From the NCBI RefSeq assembly GCF_006345805.1, contig NC_043004.1:71796001-71860000 (forward strand): 64,000 bases of DNA, written 5' to 3'. Both the position numbers and the translations under genes were made by a program. Source of the DNA: Octopus sinensis. Its lineage: Eukaryota. The notes beneath the pieces were generated by a model. The model searched no databases. It was given only the letters and a program-made list of their open reading frames with translations, and had not been told where the DNA came from. This document shows positions 62,704 through 64,000 of the stretch, piece by piece. Each line of letters opens with the position of its first letter. Positions within the stretch are counted from its first letter, which is position 1.

Positions 62704-64000
62704 GATTTTATTACTACCCACAAGGGGCGAACATAGATGGGACAATGCAATCGGGGAACTTAAAATAAGAAAGCGAATGACATGAAAAGGAAAAAATAAA
62801 AGTAAAAATGACATATGAAAGAATATTTACAATGAGATGTAAATGTCCACTCGATCCCCGGAATCGAGAGGTTACATTTTCGTCACATATATTTCACAAA
62901 ATTTTCTTTTTTCTCTTTTTTCTTTTTTTTTTCTTCTCACAATTCTACACATATTCTATAATAGTTTTCACTTCTCTAAAGTCCATCACTGAGCCCTCAG
63001 GCGGCCGCTCTCTCACTCGAACCTTCGTGTAAAATATTACACTCTCTCCGGCAGCTCTGAGGAACTCACCGGCTCTTTCTTCGGGGATTAGAGCAGTCTC
63101 CTGCCACTGATCGGTCATCCTGTTGACCCATATATGTCCCTCCGTATTACATGTCAAGTCTTTCATTTCAGGGCAGAAATGGAAGGTTACTAACTTGTAG
63201 TAGTAGTAATCTTGTTTCCGTCCTACGTTTTCCTTCATTTTCCTTTTCGGGCTTATTTCTTCCTTGTTCTCCTCTCTTTGTTTCTCTCTTTCTCTCTTTT
63301 TGCCTTCTTTTCTTTCTCCTTCCTTCTCTTGTCTTTTTGTTTCTTTGTCTGTTCTCTCTTTCTCTCGTGTTTTATGTTCCTTTTCTTTTTCCTTTTGTGT
63401 GTCGTCTTTTCTTTTCCTTTGATTCTGATCTCTCTCTTGTTTTTTTTCCTGTTGTTTCTTTTTCCTTTTTTCTTTCCTGACTCTGTTTTGGTTCTATTTC
63501 TTTCTTTTCTTTTATTTCTTTTTCCTTCATTGACTTATTATTTCCTTTCTCTTGTTGTTTTGTTTCCTTTTCTATGTTTTCTTTCTCATTTACAGTATTC
63601 TTCTTTTCTTCAAGTTCTTGCTCGCACTCCGCTACGAATTCGTATAACGGGCACTCTTTTTTAATGTGCCCCCTTGTCCCACACAAGTAACAGTTTGGTT
63701 TTCTCCCCTCTACAATTACACTGAGGGTTTTTTCCTCTTCAATTTCAATTCTGTAGGGGAACCTTTCAATATCCTCTTTTGTGGCCATCAACCACAGTTC
63801 TACCCCATATCCTCTCCAGTTTACCGCGTTGGACTCCTTAATAGATTCCACCTCCACTTCCTCTTCTGCTGCTCCTAGAATAGCTGTTGCCAGCCATTCT
63901 GTTTTCACTTCTAGGGGTATATTCGGGATTTTAACCCGGACCCCTCTTCTTCCCTTGTATGAGGGCCACATTGTGAATTTTTCGGCTCTTAGTACGGTGG
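62704..64000 (-). mobile_element. ORF1-only Tx1-related element (half-L1-like), 5' end beyond the window
   Basis: ORF 63971-63372 with VIVEGRKPNCYLCGTRGHIKKEC (CCHC), charged region, short C-terminal frame 63238-62945, then 3' UTR and tail tgtcccatctatgttcgccccttgtgggtagtaataaa with no ORF2. Confidence 0.72.

Overview
AT-rich, repeat-dominated eukaryotic DNA, most likely an octopus/cephalopod genome (inferred from the SINE families and microsatellite landscape; not verifiable here). One host gene can be reconstructed on the minus strand from phase-compatible exons (40099-39775, 29894-29809, 24729-24581, 19018-18912, possibly 18671-18640). It encodes a ~230-aa secreted protein with a PAN/apple-like domain plus an uncharacterised domain. 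The most notable object lies in its first coding intron: a 5.6-kb array of near-identical 476-bp units, each carrying a complete type I hammerhead ribozyme (12 copies). The array is split into two divergently oriented arms that each end in a (TA)n tract at a different point of the unit, i.e. a retrozyme-like (circular RNA) element apparently integrated by twin priming. Penelope-like element (PLE) ends with hammerheads, one with the same inverted architecture, and a Naiad/Neptune-type PLE RT + GIY-YIG remnant occur nearby. The rest is Tx1/L1-clade LINEs (one near full length with a target-site duplication (TSD), in tandem with an ORF1-only relative), R4/Dong-type LINE fragments and a 555-bp non-coding element both embedded in (TAA)n, RTE remnants, mariner transposons, two tRNA-derived SINE families, several fold-back inversions and microsatellites. 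No rRNA, tRNA gene or CRISPR array was found.
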